Shown piece after piece: positions 14,469 through 25,659 of a stretch of 64,000 nt of DNA. The stretch lies in NCBI RefSeq assembly GCF_009914755.1, contig NC_060926.1; one strand, 5' to 3'. The translations under genes and the position numbers were made by a program. The notes beneath the pieces are model-generated. The model did no database searches, was not told where the DNA came from, and saw only the letters and a program-made list of their open reading frames with translations. The DNA comes from the human T2T-CHM13v2.0 reference genome, Homo sapiens. Positions within the stretch are counted from its first letter, which is position 1, and each line of letters begins with the position of its first letter.

Positions 14469-14836
14469 AGGCAGGGCATATGGGCTGGGTCAGTCCATGG
14501 TAGACGAGAAGGAGGGGGACCTGGGGTCAACAGGGGCATGCTGGGCTCCTCCCTGGTATACCCTGGTATACCCAGCCGCACAAGGTACGATGCTACCGTT
14601 GGACGATGCTGCCACAGTTTTCACCAGGTCATGGGTGCCTCCCTTACGGGGATCTGCAGGTGGCTGGGGCAAGGCAAGAGGGGAGAGTGGTGGCATTAAT
14701 ACCATGTCACAGGTTGTGAAAATTGTTTTGGTGAGAGGTTGGCAGGGGGGCAGCAGGTTTGGGGGATGAGGTGGGCTTTTTGTTGAGTGAATCCAGGGCT
14801 TGAGGCAAGAGACGAGGTGGTGCAGACGGCAGTGCA

Positions 14837-15016
14837 TTCTCCAGCTGGAATGCTTCAGCCAGGTTCTTAGAAAAATGGTCAAGTGGGCTCTGGGATCCTC
14901 ACTTCTCTTTGCGGGACCCAGCAGGATGGTGGAGCTGGGACCATCTTGGAGGAGACAGAGCCTGGGGCAAATCACCTAAAACAGACACAAGTCACACCAG
15001 CTAACCTATGTGATTG
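14837..15016 (+). repeat. Direct duplication, copy 2 (partner 13222-13404)
   Basis: TTCTCCAGCTGGAATGCTTCAGCC...CTAACCTATGTGATTG. Confidence 0.95.
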
Positions 15017-15680
15017 TCTGAACAAAGATGGGAATGTGGGAAGACCGGGGACTCCTCCGAGGCTGGAGCCTGGCCACATGACTCTTAGTTGAATCCAACA
15101 GGTTTTTAAAGCTGGGACTGGTGAGAGAATGCCGTCATGATCATGTCGAAGGGTGCTGCGATTTCCAAATGGTTTTTGGTGGAATATCAATCCTGAGATA
15201 CATTTGGCAGAGAAATCAAACCAAACCAACCTTCAAAATATGCTCGGGTTGAGCGAGGTGGAAACACCGCACATGGCATGCTGCGCTCAGGCCCAGAATA
15301 GGTTGGTGCTGAGAAGTTCTGTCTAGTGAGACCAGGCTTGCATCACTGCAGCCAGGATTTCCTAAATATGGCCATAACATTTAAAAAGAATGAATACTTT
15401 TTAATTTCCCCAGGAGCTGGTATTCCTGTGTCATCTGAATACAGAATGGGGCCTGCCCAGGGGTCTCTCCCTGTGCCCAGAAGCCCTGCCGAGCTGCGTG
15501 GAGCAGATTGTAGCTGCACCCGCGCCACCGCCCCCACCCCCCCGCTCCCCCACTCCCCGCCCCACCCTGCCGCTGCCTTTCAACATACCGAGGCTCGAGG
15601 CTCGGAGGAGCTGGCAGCTGCTTGCCTCCAAGGCTTTCCAGAACCCTCTTCAGACAGCTCTCCCTTCAGCCAGTCTCCAC

Positions 15681-15816
15681 TGAATAGTATTCTGTTGTAT
15701 ATATGTACCACATTCTTCCATAGATGGGCTTCTAAATCTTGGCTACTGTGAATAGTGCTACAGTAAACATGGGAGTGCCCATGTCTCTGACTATCATATG
15801 GTGGTTCTATTTTCAA
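15681..15816 (-). mobile_element. Short L1M 3'-region fragment, paralogous to 55568-55710
   Basis: GTATATATGTACCACATT...GCTACTGTGAATAGTGCT...AAACATGGGAGTGC; shares deletions with the 55.6-kb copy. Confidence 0.85.
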
Positions 15817-16113
15817 TTTTTTTTTTTTTTTTGGAGACGAAGTCACTCTTGTCGTCCAGGCTGGAGTGCAATGGTGTGACCTCAGCTCACCGCAGCCTCC
15901 GCCTCCCAGGTTCAAGTGATTCTCATGCCTCAGCCTCACGAGTAGCTGGGATTACAGGCGCCTGCCACCATGCCTGGCTAATTTTTGTATATTTAGTAGA
16001 GACGGGGTTTTGCCATGTTGGTTGGGCTGGTCTCAAACTCCTGACCTCAAGTGATCTGCCTGCCTCGGCCTCCCAAAGTGCTGGGATTACAGGCATGAGC
16101 CACCGCACCTGGC
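15817..16113 (-). mobile_element. AluS
   Basis: Poly-T followed by a full reverse-complement Alu. Confidence 0.96.
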
Positions 16114-16479
16114 AGTGCACATTTTTTGTTTTTGTTATTCTTGGAACACACGAGGAAATGTTGCCATGCTTTGCAATTTCAAAGCACCTTTACCTGCATT
16201 GTCTGATTTCATCCTCACAGTAACTCTATGGGAGGTCTTCAGGGAGCAGTATTCCCAAAGTTAGATAGAAACCTAGATTCCGAAGGATTAAGTGTCTTTT
16301 CCTAGGTCTCAGCCAGTGGCATGGCTCAGTCTTAAACCCAGGTCTCCCAGTCTTTTCACGTACGTATGGGGGTCTGAGAGATGCCCAGGAGACAGCTGGA
16401 TGTGTGGATTTGGCTCACAAGGCAGAGGCCTAGGCTGCAGAGAGAGAGATAAGCCTCACCAGCAAATGTACCTTTTGCT

Positions 16480-17003
16480 TTTCTGATAAAAGGAGACATA
16501 TGCAGCTGCAGCTGGCTTTGCCCATCTCCCCTCTCCTACCTTGAAGGCAGGTGTGATGTCTGGGGCTGTGGCAGCCATCTTGTCACCAAGAACTGGCAAG
16601 TGATGCCAGAGGCCCATTCACCAAAGATTGTGGTGTGGAGGCACAGGAGGCGCCAGTGCTGCTGAGTAGTTGAAATCCCATGGGCATCTGCTTACCTCTG
16701 GACTTCCTGTGATGAGGAAAACAAGCCCTGCTTTTCTAAGTCCCTATAGTCAGGTTTTCTTTGCTTGATGTTTCCCCGGGAGATGTAACACCTAGAGGGG
16801 TAGCATGAAGGAGAAAGAGCAAGTACACTAAAGAATGCAGACAGTGCTGCAAGAGTAGGGAGGCTGGATCTTCAGTGACCCGGGATCAACCTTGCACCCG
16901 CTACCACCAGGCTGTGTGAGGTAAACGGGAGCTGTCCTGGTGTGCTAAGCCACAGCTGGTCAGGTTTCTGTTACGGGTAGACAAAATTATTCCTAATTGT
17001 TAC
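16480..17003 (+). mobile_element. Old MaLR LTR fragments (MLT1J/K-like)
   Basis: GGGCTGTGGCAGCCATCTTG, TACCTCTGGACTTC, TAAGCCAC...GGTTTCTGTTAC motifs. Confidence 0.55.
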
Positions 17004-17060
17004 ACCTGTCTTCCTTGGGTAAAATGCTAAATTGATTTATGAAATAAATTATATAAATGG

Positions 17061-17088
17061 ACACACACACACACACACACACACACAC
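17061..17088. repeat. (CA)n microsatellite
   Basis: Direct inspection. Confidence 0.95.
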
Positions 17089-18689
17089 CCATACACAGAG
17101 ACAGTGTTGAAACAGAGAGAGGCAGAGGCGAAGGTGGGGTGGAGGAGTAAGGGGCAGTCTGGCTGGGACCAGCCTTCCTGGGCAGGCATGAGGAAGGCAC
17201 AGCCTTGGGTCTCGAGGGAGCAGCTCCATCCTGGGAGCTCTGCCAGGCGCTGTAGGCACCGCGTCTTTCTGCCCCCACGGCTCCCTGCTACGTGCTGAAA
17301 GCCTTTGTGCCTGCTGCTGCTGTCTGGGCCTCACTGTCACCCCATGCTGTCCTGTGTCATGTTTCCGTCGTGGCTGACTTGCCTCTGCATGCTGAGCTGT
17401 GTGGCAATTTGTAACAAAGCAGGAAAGCCCTCTCTCCCCTTTCTGGGACGCCCTGTAATGGAGACCTGAGCTGAGTGGCTTGTGCACCAGTGAGGTGTCT
17501 CCTTTTGGTTTCTCTCGGAGCTGTCCCTCTGTCCTGAGCCAGATGCAGGTGCAGGAGGCTGGGCTGTGGGAGGACCAGAGAAGCAGCTGCAGTGCTGGGC
17601 TCAGGATTCCTTTTTGCAACCAAAGACTGGGGCTTAGTGCCTTCTTCTCAGGGTGAGCTGTTTTCAGGGAGGCTCCTCAGTTCCTTGGCAACAGGCATCG
17701 TCCTTTGGGCACCCCACTGATTTGTCAGGTTCGCTGGTTCACATCCGGCTGGGTCTTTCTCAGGAACCTCCTTAGCCTCCTAGGGAAACAGACTCCATTC
17801 AGCACCTCCTTGTCCACTAGACACACATTCCTGGGCCATCAGAAACCTTTTTGGCCACAACCCGTGCCCAAGATGCACTCCCGCTTCCAAGATGGAGAGA
17901 AGGAACACCTAACACTGTCATTTTTTTCAAAGTTTGGGCCCCAGGCCTGCAGCTCTCTTCCCTCCTCCCGGGTGCAGATTCCAGATCCTGCCCACACTCC
18001 TCCTAGAACGCGTCAAGTGGCTACCTGTGCAGAAGCTTCTTTGGGGCTTACTTGTAGAGCGTGAATCCCAGAATAGACACTTCCCTATGAAGGAACACAG
18101 ATAATGGGAGAAGAAAAAAGATACCTCCTTACTGGGGCAGGTTTGCTTTGCCCAAAATAGCCCTGTAACCAACGTGCTTCTGAAGTGCCTTTTGAAATCT
18201 AGGAACATTTGTAGTATTTTACATTCAGCTTAATAATTTATTGATGTTTAATATTTCACAAGAGTAAGGCAGAAAACCTGATAAAATTTTCATATCTGCT
18301 ATTATAAGCTAAATGGAACATGAGGCGCTTCCGGATGGTGCTGAGTGGCTGAGGCCCGGGGTACGCCCCACACCCCCTCCCATCACAGCAGGTCCAGGCA
18401 GCTAAGTCAAACTCCTCCATCCATTAATTTTCCCAAATGTCCTGTGCACTTGGGAGAGCTGGAGGCCTGGGGATGTCGTGAAGTTTAGTTGAGCAGCAAG
18501 ACCTGCTTATGGTGTGATTTGATGAGGGCCAAGCATCTCCCCTTTCCCCCCAATTTTTCCTGCTGACCTGTTGTTGATTCCTGAAATGTCCATCATTAGA
18601 ACAGATTGCACTCCTTGCAGGAGCATCAATACCTGTGAGAAGCGTAGCTTATAAATAATAATATAGCAAATCTGTGTCACTGTTCTCAT

Positions 18690-18875
18690 ATATAATTCAT
18701 TAACTTCTCACAAGAATCCTGTGAGGTAGGAGCTCTTGTTATCCCCATTTTACAGATGAGAAAACTGAGACAGAGAGGAAAAGCTGATTTGCTCAGGATC
18801 ATGCAGTAGCAATGAGCTGGAATTTGAATCCAGGCAGTCTCACTCCAGAGTCTGTGCTCTTAATCATTACACTGT
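18690..18875 (-). mobile_element. MIR
   Basis: ATCCCCATTTTACAGATGAGAAAACTGAGACAGAGAGG core. Confidence 0.85.
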
Positions 18876-19148
18876 TTTTCTTCTCTAAGTACAAATCAAA
18901 TCAACAGTTGATGGTGTCTTCTCCAGGCACAGAGCTCTGGGCCACACACTCTGGAGGAGATAAAAGTGGAGGCTTCTCATCTGAGTGATGAGCCCAGTAG
19001 CACAGATGTGCTCGGAAGGCACTCTGGCCCTCCCCTTGCTAGCTGAGTGACCCGGGCAAATTACCTCATCATTCAGAGCCAAAATAATATCTGCCTCACA
19101 GGTTTACCTGGAAGATGAAAGAAGATACATTAAAAAAATTACACTGGA

Positions 19149-19977
19149 GCCGGGTCAGCAAACTCTGGAGAATGGGCCAAATCTGACCTGTGTACTACTT
19201 GTTTTCTTTTTTCCCTAAACAGTTTATTGATATGCAAATCACACACCGTGACATTTACCCATTATAGGTGAACAATTCAGTCATTTTTAGTGTATTCACA
19301 GAGATTTACAACCATTGCCACAGTCAATTTTAGAACATTTTCATCACGTCGAAAAGAAGTCCTTTAGCTACCATCCCTACCCCTTAATGTCTCCTCATTC
19401 TGCCCCTCCTCAGCAAGTAACTACAGATGCACTGTCTGTCTTTATAGACTTCCCTGTTCTGGGCATACCATTTGAATGAGTGGAATCATATAATACCGGG
19501 TTTTTTGTAACTGACTTCTTGTTTTTAGCACACCACTTTCTAGGTTTTTTCCATGCTCTAGCATGTGCCAGTATCTCATTCCTTCTTATGACCAAATAAC
19601 ATTCCATTGTATGGATAGACCACATTCTGTTCATCCATTCCTCAGTTGATAGACACTTGGATTGCTTCTGCTTTTTGGCTGTTAGGATGCCTACTGCTTT
19701 TGTAAACAAGATTTTATTATGATACAGTCCTGCTCAGGCCTGGGATTAAGGTGAGACAAGCAAGGTGTCCAGGGTTTAACAAATTAAGGAGGCACTCAAC
19801 TCTCGGGGTCCTGCAAGTTCACAGCCAGCCCTGGCCACACCTGTTTGTTTACCTATGGCCCGTCACTGCTTTAGCCCTAGAGTGGCAGAGCTGAATACTT
19901 GTGACAGAGATGTCTGGCCCATAAAGTCCAAAATATTTGCTAACTAGCCCTTCACAGAAAACATTTGTTCACCCTGG
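19149..19977 (+). mobile_element. MER58A split by an L1MB 3' fragment and a MER96-like half element (~19736-19834)
   Basis: GGGTCAGCAAACT...GGGCCAAATCTG start; GCAGAGCTGAATACTTGTGACAGAG...AAAATATTT...CCCTTCACAGAAAA end. Confidence 0.7.
19203..19688 (-). mobile_element. L1MB 3' UTR fragment
   Basis: TTTTAGAACATTTTCATCAC, CATTCCATTGTATGGATAGACCACATT, AGTTGATAGACACTTGGATTGC. Confidence 0.85.
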
Positions 19978-21395
19978 TTTTTAGGTCCCTTACTCTCAAG
20001 TTTGAGATAGAAGACAAAAACGAGGACTTAAAGGGCCATCCAACACTTAGCATAACATCAGCCTGGGTATCAGCCTTGTCTTTGGCTGTGTCTGGATGGG
20101 CCATTGAAAATGATGAAGTGGTTTTAGATTTGAAAATACCACTGCCAGGATGAAAGTGTTTCTTTCAGAGCCATAATATTCTAAAGCTCCCTCCCAGAGT
20201 GTGCATACTTTAAGCACAGAACAATACGGCTTCCCACTCAACATAAACTACCTTTTCCCCAAATGTCCTATCTAATCAAAATCTGAGTGCTCAAGATTGG
20301 ATTAAAAACCCCTAATGCCTGCAAAACTGTTTGCCATCCATTCAAGTAGGGGTGTTTTATTTGTGTTGTCAGAGTCACAAGGAGTGACAGCTCTCCTTGT
20401 CAAGAGTGCGTTTTTCTAAAGATCACTCTGAAAACCCGCCCTCACTCCCCTGCCCCCCACCTTGCCATTATCCTGCTTCCTTGGGCTGGAAGATGTAGTA
20501 GAAAGAACACTGATGTTGGAATCCACTTCCTTTGATAGTAATTCTGACTCTGCTGCAAAATAGCAAAGTAGCTGTGACATTGGGCAAGTCACTTAACCTC
20601 CTCTATTAAATAGCGGACACAATGCTTCCCTCACTCGGGTGTCATAGAATGAAGTGCCAGATAAAACAAGGACTGTGCATCAGTACAATGTCATTGTTTG
20701 TTGCTGACTGAAAATTGTGGGCTAAATGATGAAGAAAATGAAGGATGGCTTTATACCCGTCTCCGCTCAATGCACCTTCTCTTCTCTTGGACAGAATCAC
20801 CACCTCATGATAATCTCTAGGGATCCTCCTGGTATTTCTTTTTTCCTATACTCTCCTTTTGCAATCAAAGAAAGAATGTTCTAGAAAAGACCTGAGCCAC
20901 CAAATTCGTACCAAGGTACTAGTGACTGATAAAACTTTCCCATATTAAAAGCCTCAGAGATGTTTGCCTTACATCAAGAAGCTTTATGCTAAAAAAAAAA
21001 AAAAAAGAAAAAATCTCATTTTGCAATGTACAAAATGTAAGAAAAAGAGAGTGACAGCATGGGATTTGGGGATGAGGCTTTCCTGGGTCCCAGGAGACAG
21101 ACTTTCTTTGTGTCTGTTGAATCACACCATGTGGACATTGTCTATTCTGCACACACAAATGGCCGGGCTTGCACATATGCCTTAGGAACTAGGCAAAAAT
21201 GAACCGAAAATGGGAGAAGAACTTCTAAAATTGCCCTGTGACCCATTACCTTATTTTTTTTTCAGAGTCTATCCTGGTTCCTTTAATCTTTGGGTACTTA
21301 ATTTACCTAAGTACTTGTAGTGGACATTTATTGTTTTGTTGCCTACACAAGGCCCTTCCTACTTGGGAGTATTTCTGAGCCCTACTAAGGAAGCT

Positions 21396-21790
21396 GTGTT
21401 AAGTAGCCTTTAAGGTTGCACCAATACCAGCCTTCTGATATTCACATTCTTGTGTAATCCCTTCTCCTTGGGTGTGGGCTGGATTTAGTGAAGTCCTTTT
21501 AATGAATAGAGTACAGCAGACATAATGTCGCCTCTGAGATTAGGCTATAAAAACACGGTGACTTCTCTCTTGGGGGCTCTCTCTCCCTCTCTGAGATCCC
21601 TTGGTTGAGAGACTCAAGCTGGCATGTTGTGAGCCACTCTCTGTGTCCATGTAGTGAGGGATCAAGACCTGCCAACAACCATGTGTGTGAGCTTGGGAGC
21701 AGATCCACCCCATCCATCACTCCAGTTGACTTTTCAGTTGAAATGGCAGCCATGACTGACAGTTGACTATTGTAACCTTATGAGAGACTT
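21396..21790 (+). mobile_element. MaLR LTR (MLT1F-like), 3'-truncated
   Basis: TGTGTAATCCCTTCTCCTTGGGTGTGGGCTGGA...GAGATTAGGCTATAAAA...GCCAACAACCATGTGTGTGAGCTTGG. Confidence 0.75.
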
Positions 21791-21931
21791 CACCCTGTGG
21801 AAAGGGGCACAGTAAGAGGAGGATCACAGCAGGCCCCCCTATGGTATAGAGCCTGGCACAGTAAACCTGGTTGCCTAGGTCTAAGAGTGGTTCCGAATGT
21901 GCCCCTCAGGAGGGCCTAGACATTGCTTTCC

Positions 21932-22180
<249 letters not shown>

Positions 22181-22344
22181 ACTCTTCTTTAAGGCATTAA
22201 GAGAGACATCTGTGCCGAGAGGAAGGATCAGCATCTTTGAGAAGTATGGTACTGGGATTGCTCTGTATGCTGGTAGGAGACACTGTAGTTGGAAGGGGCT
22301 CCCTGGTTTCAATCTGGGTGAGACAATTCTGGAACAATAGAGGC

Positions 22345-22569
22345 TGAAGATCCACACTAAAGAGAATCAAGATGGTTACCAAATTATGGCTAGCGTGTAG
22401 TTAGAGCAGTAATCAGAATGTTCTGACCTACATGGATCTTTGGGGGCTGGTTAATTTTAGAGACTCTAGAATTGAAATAGGTAGGCAACCCATTAATATT
22501 CTACTTGATCTAAAAAAATAAACAAAACAAATATCCCCTATAGATCTAGTGATCAAGTCATGGTCCTTC
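22345..22569 (+). repeat. Inverted repeat arm, donor (partner 23171-23396)
   Basis: Reverse complement aligns at about 96% by eye. Confidence 0.95.
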
Positions 22570-22944
22570 CCTAATACCTAAATCTAAGTCAGCTGCCAGA
22601 CCCAGAGCTCTTTGGATCGAAGGAAAGACAGGTTCCCTTGAGGAGGGAGCCTGCAATGTCATCACAAATATATACTGTGAGTCTTTCTCAAATCTTTTGC
22701 AAAAGGACTGTGTCTATTTACTAAAGTAACCAGGTACTGGGGGCAGGGAAAAAGCAAGTTCTTTTGGGGATTACTGAACACTAGTTCTGAAATAAGTCTA
22801 AATTCTCAAGGGACAGAATGTCATGCTAGTCTAGTGGTTTTACTGAGAGCTTACAGGAGTCAGGTTGTTGATTTCAGCCTGAGTTTTCTTTATAATAAAC
22901 TACATCCTGAGATTATTTCTTCATATTGTGAGTTTAAAGTTAAA

Positions 22945-22991
<47 letters not shown>

Positions 22992-23073
22992 CTCAGCAGT
23001 TGCTAGAATCCCCATCTTGTCTTTCTGATCCATGAAGTCAAGGATATTATGGGAGAAAGGGTAAAATAAAGTC

Positions 23074-23396
23074 CTTTTTTAAGGAGTTACATGTCCACGT
23101 GTGCAGGGAAGCTTAGGGATAAGCAATACCTTATTTGGAATGGCTTTTCCCTGCTCTGACTGCTGTAACAGAAGGACCATGACTTGATCACTAGATCTAT
23201 AGGGGATATTTGTTTTGTTTATTTTATAGATCAAGTAGAATATTAGTGAGCTGCCTACCTGTTTCAATTCTAGAGTCTCTAAAATTAACCAGCCCCCAAA
23301 GATCCATGTGGGTCAGAACATTCTGAATACTGCTCTAACTACACGCTAGCCATAATTTGGTAACTATCTTGATTCTCTTTAGTGTGTGGCTCTTCA
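23074..23396. other. Composite templated insertion (three local donors)
   Basis: 23074-23149 = 26209-26284 (75/76); 23151-23170 = 25050-25069 (19/20); 23171-23396 = reverse complement of 22345-22569. Confidence 0.9.
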
Positions 23397-23561
23397 CTAC
23401 TAAATGGTAATCCAAAGTAATACTACATTCCAGGGGAATTTCAAAGATTAGCGCCACCACAAAAATCATGATTTCTATCAAGTTTGACTGGTGTGGAATG
23501 TAAATATGGCTTAAAACAAAGACCGAATTATTTTAAACCTAATGATGTAACTATAATTGGG

Positions 23562-23699
23562 TGTCACAGGATAATCTAGCATTATTTCCCTATTTTAAGG
23601 TAATCTAATTAGCAACCTTAATGCTCCTTTGCCATGTAACCTAACATATTTATGGGTTCTGGGAATTAGGACACATGGGTCTATTACAGTACCTCGCAC
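23562..23699 (-). mobile_element. MLT1C-like LTR 5' fragment
   Basis: CCCTATTTTAAGG...ATTAGCAACCTTAAT...CCTTTGCCATGTAACCTAACATATT. Confidence 0.7.
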
Positions 23700-24455
23700 A
23701 CATGGAAACACCAGGAAGCCCTCTAATGGCCACTGTAGTTTATCCCATACACCTTCTTGCCCTCATTGGGTAGAGCAGCATTAATTCCCCTTAAGAGTAT
23801 CAATCATACCAGCTAACATTCTAGCTTCCAATTTTGCCTGTTTCAGGCATGTGAAACAAGAAAGATTCAGGTAGCAGCCTCTGCTACAATTCAGTGGAAC
23901 AGTTGTTGTGTCTTCTGGTAAATCATCCCTCCCTTCAATATGAAAACTTCAAAACTGGCATGTTCCAGACTCATGGGGATGGAAATCGGTATTCTAGACC
24001 ACTGGACCCTGGAAACTGTATTGAGATGACACACCTAAATATTTTCATGGTGTTTATCTCTGACCCTTTGTGTGTTACATAATCATCCAGTATGGCTGCA
24101 GCCTTCTGATTTCTATATTCCATAAGCCTGGCGTCATTAGTATTGTGGGTGAGTATAACATCCTGTAGGATAATGGTGATATAGGAAATACTCCTGTGGA
24201 GTAAGTATGGCATAGAGCTGACGCTATAAAATAGTCCCAAAGAAAGACGGTAAAAGTGTGTTGTTGTCTTTATCAGATGAAGCAAACTGCTTTGGGTTTG
24301 AAAATTTTGTTTTGATTTTCTGCTTATTGAAATAGAGGAAAAGGCATTCTTCAGGTCAATAGCTGCATAGTAGGTGCGAGGGACTATGCGAGAGAACATG
24401 TATTGAGCGATGCAGTTTGGGAGACATAACTGCCATGTTTTCAGAAGCATGGATG
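23700..24455 (-). pseudogene. ERVL reverse-transcriptase and dUTPase-region remnant, inverted relative to the flanking ERVL
   Basis: ORF 23971-24450(-) has YYAAIDLKNAFSSI (RT motif A), QDVILTHNTND (degenerate QDITLVHYIDD) and EINTMKI; the catalytic YxDD is destroyed. Confidence 0.8.
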
Positions 24456-24809
24456 GCTACTGTATTCTTTCATGTCTTTTAATGTATACATTAATATATT
24501 TTAATGAATTTCCTTTCATTGTTGTCTCTAGTGTTGATGGTGGTTGTTTTATAATTTGTTACCTAGGATATAGAATATCAAGATAGAGTGGCAACAATGA
24601 AAAGAAATTCATTAAAATATATTAAGTGGAATGGACATGGTCTAGAAATCTGGGCTAGCTGATGTAATATGGGTGCCTCACCTTGAGGAGAGTTGAGAGC
24701 ACTTTCAGCATATTAAAGGATAGTTGTGCTATGTTAGGAACACTTTTAGAAAGTTCCCATTATGGGAAGACTAGTGTGAGAAAATGTTGGGGAGCTGAAG
24801 AGATGGACT

Positions 24810-25578
24810 GCAACAGGCTGTCCATTACTTTTGGCTGACTAGTTTCCAAATAACTCACTTCAGAAAATGAGGGGGGATGGTTATCACCTACCCTGGTTTC
24901 TTGGAAGCTGGGGTGCAGGCTTATGACCTATCCTACGTCAATTGGATGTTTCTGCCTAGGACTTTGAAACGTGAGTAACAGAGCTGCACAGGCTGAGATA
25001 GAGACTGCAGTCCAGTGACAATGGTGTCAGTGATGGTATGTGTTTTAGTCTGCTTTGACTGCTGTAACAAAATCCCAGAGGCCGGGTAGCTTATAAACAA
25101 CAGAAATTTATTTCTCACAGTTCTGGAGGCTGGGAAGTCCAAGATCAAGGTACCAACAGATTTGGTGTCTGGTGGGGGCTCTTTTCCTCGTTCATAGATG
25201 GTGCTTTCTAACCATGTTCTCATGTGGTGGAAGACACAAGGCAGCTCTCCAAGCTCTTTAATAAGGGCACTAATCCCATTCATGAGGGCCTGTAATTACC
25301 CTGCAAAGGTCCCATCTCCTCATATCATCACATTGGGGATTAGGTTTTAGCATATGAATTTTAGGGGGACACAAACATTCAGACTATAGCTGTGGTGCTA
25401 AGAAGGCTGTTCTCACAGTGTGATCTTCTCAACACCTTATTTTCCTTAGCTTTTTTCTCTTTTCTGAACCTGATTCCCAGGTAATTTCAATTGAATCTGT
25501 GAGCCAGCCAATGCACTACAAACGAATTTCTTTTCTGCTTAAGTTAGCTGGAGTTGTTTGCCTCCCAGAACACTGATT
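24810..25578 (+). mobile_element. ERVL-type LTR (LTR33/40/41-like), split by an MST/MLT1A
   Basis: Follows ERVL 3' internal motif GGATAGTTGTGCTATGTTAGG and a purine tract; ends TTCTTTTCTGCTTAAGTTAGCTGGAGTT. Confidence 0.55.
25039..25391 (-). mobile_element. MaLR LTR (MSTD/MLT1A-like)
   Basis: AACAACAGAAATTTATTTCTCACAGTTCTGGAGGCTGGGAAGTCCAAGATCAAGG...GGCACTAATCCCATTCATGAGGG. Confidence 0.88.
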
Positions 25579-25604
25579 GTTAGAGTATTCAGTATTGTTC
25601 AACC

Positions 25605-25607
<3 letters not shown>

Positions 25608-25648
<41 letters not shown>

Positions 25649-25659
25649 TGTGTCTGTGT
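25608..25659. repeat. (TG)n microsatellite
   Basis: Direct inspection. Confidence 0.95.

Noticed and set aside
14541-14573. Short tandem micro-duplications (also about 32508, 33860, 36940, 47697, 60968)
   Set aside because: Ordinary 10-25-bp slippage duplications
16993-17619. 208-aa minus-strand ORF
   Set aside because: Non-ATG start, reads through a (TG)n tract, no homology recognised
23971-24450. RT-like ORF as a functional or domesticated reverse transcriptase
   Set aside because: Catalytic YxDD is degenerate (HNTND), the frame drifts, and the fragment is truncated and inverted
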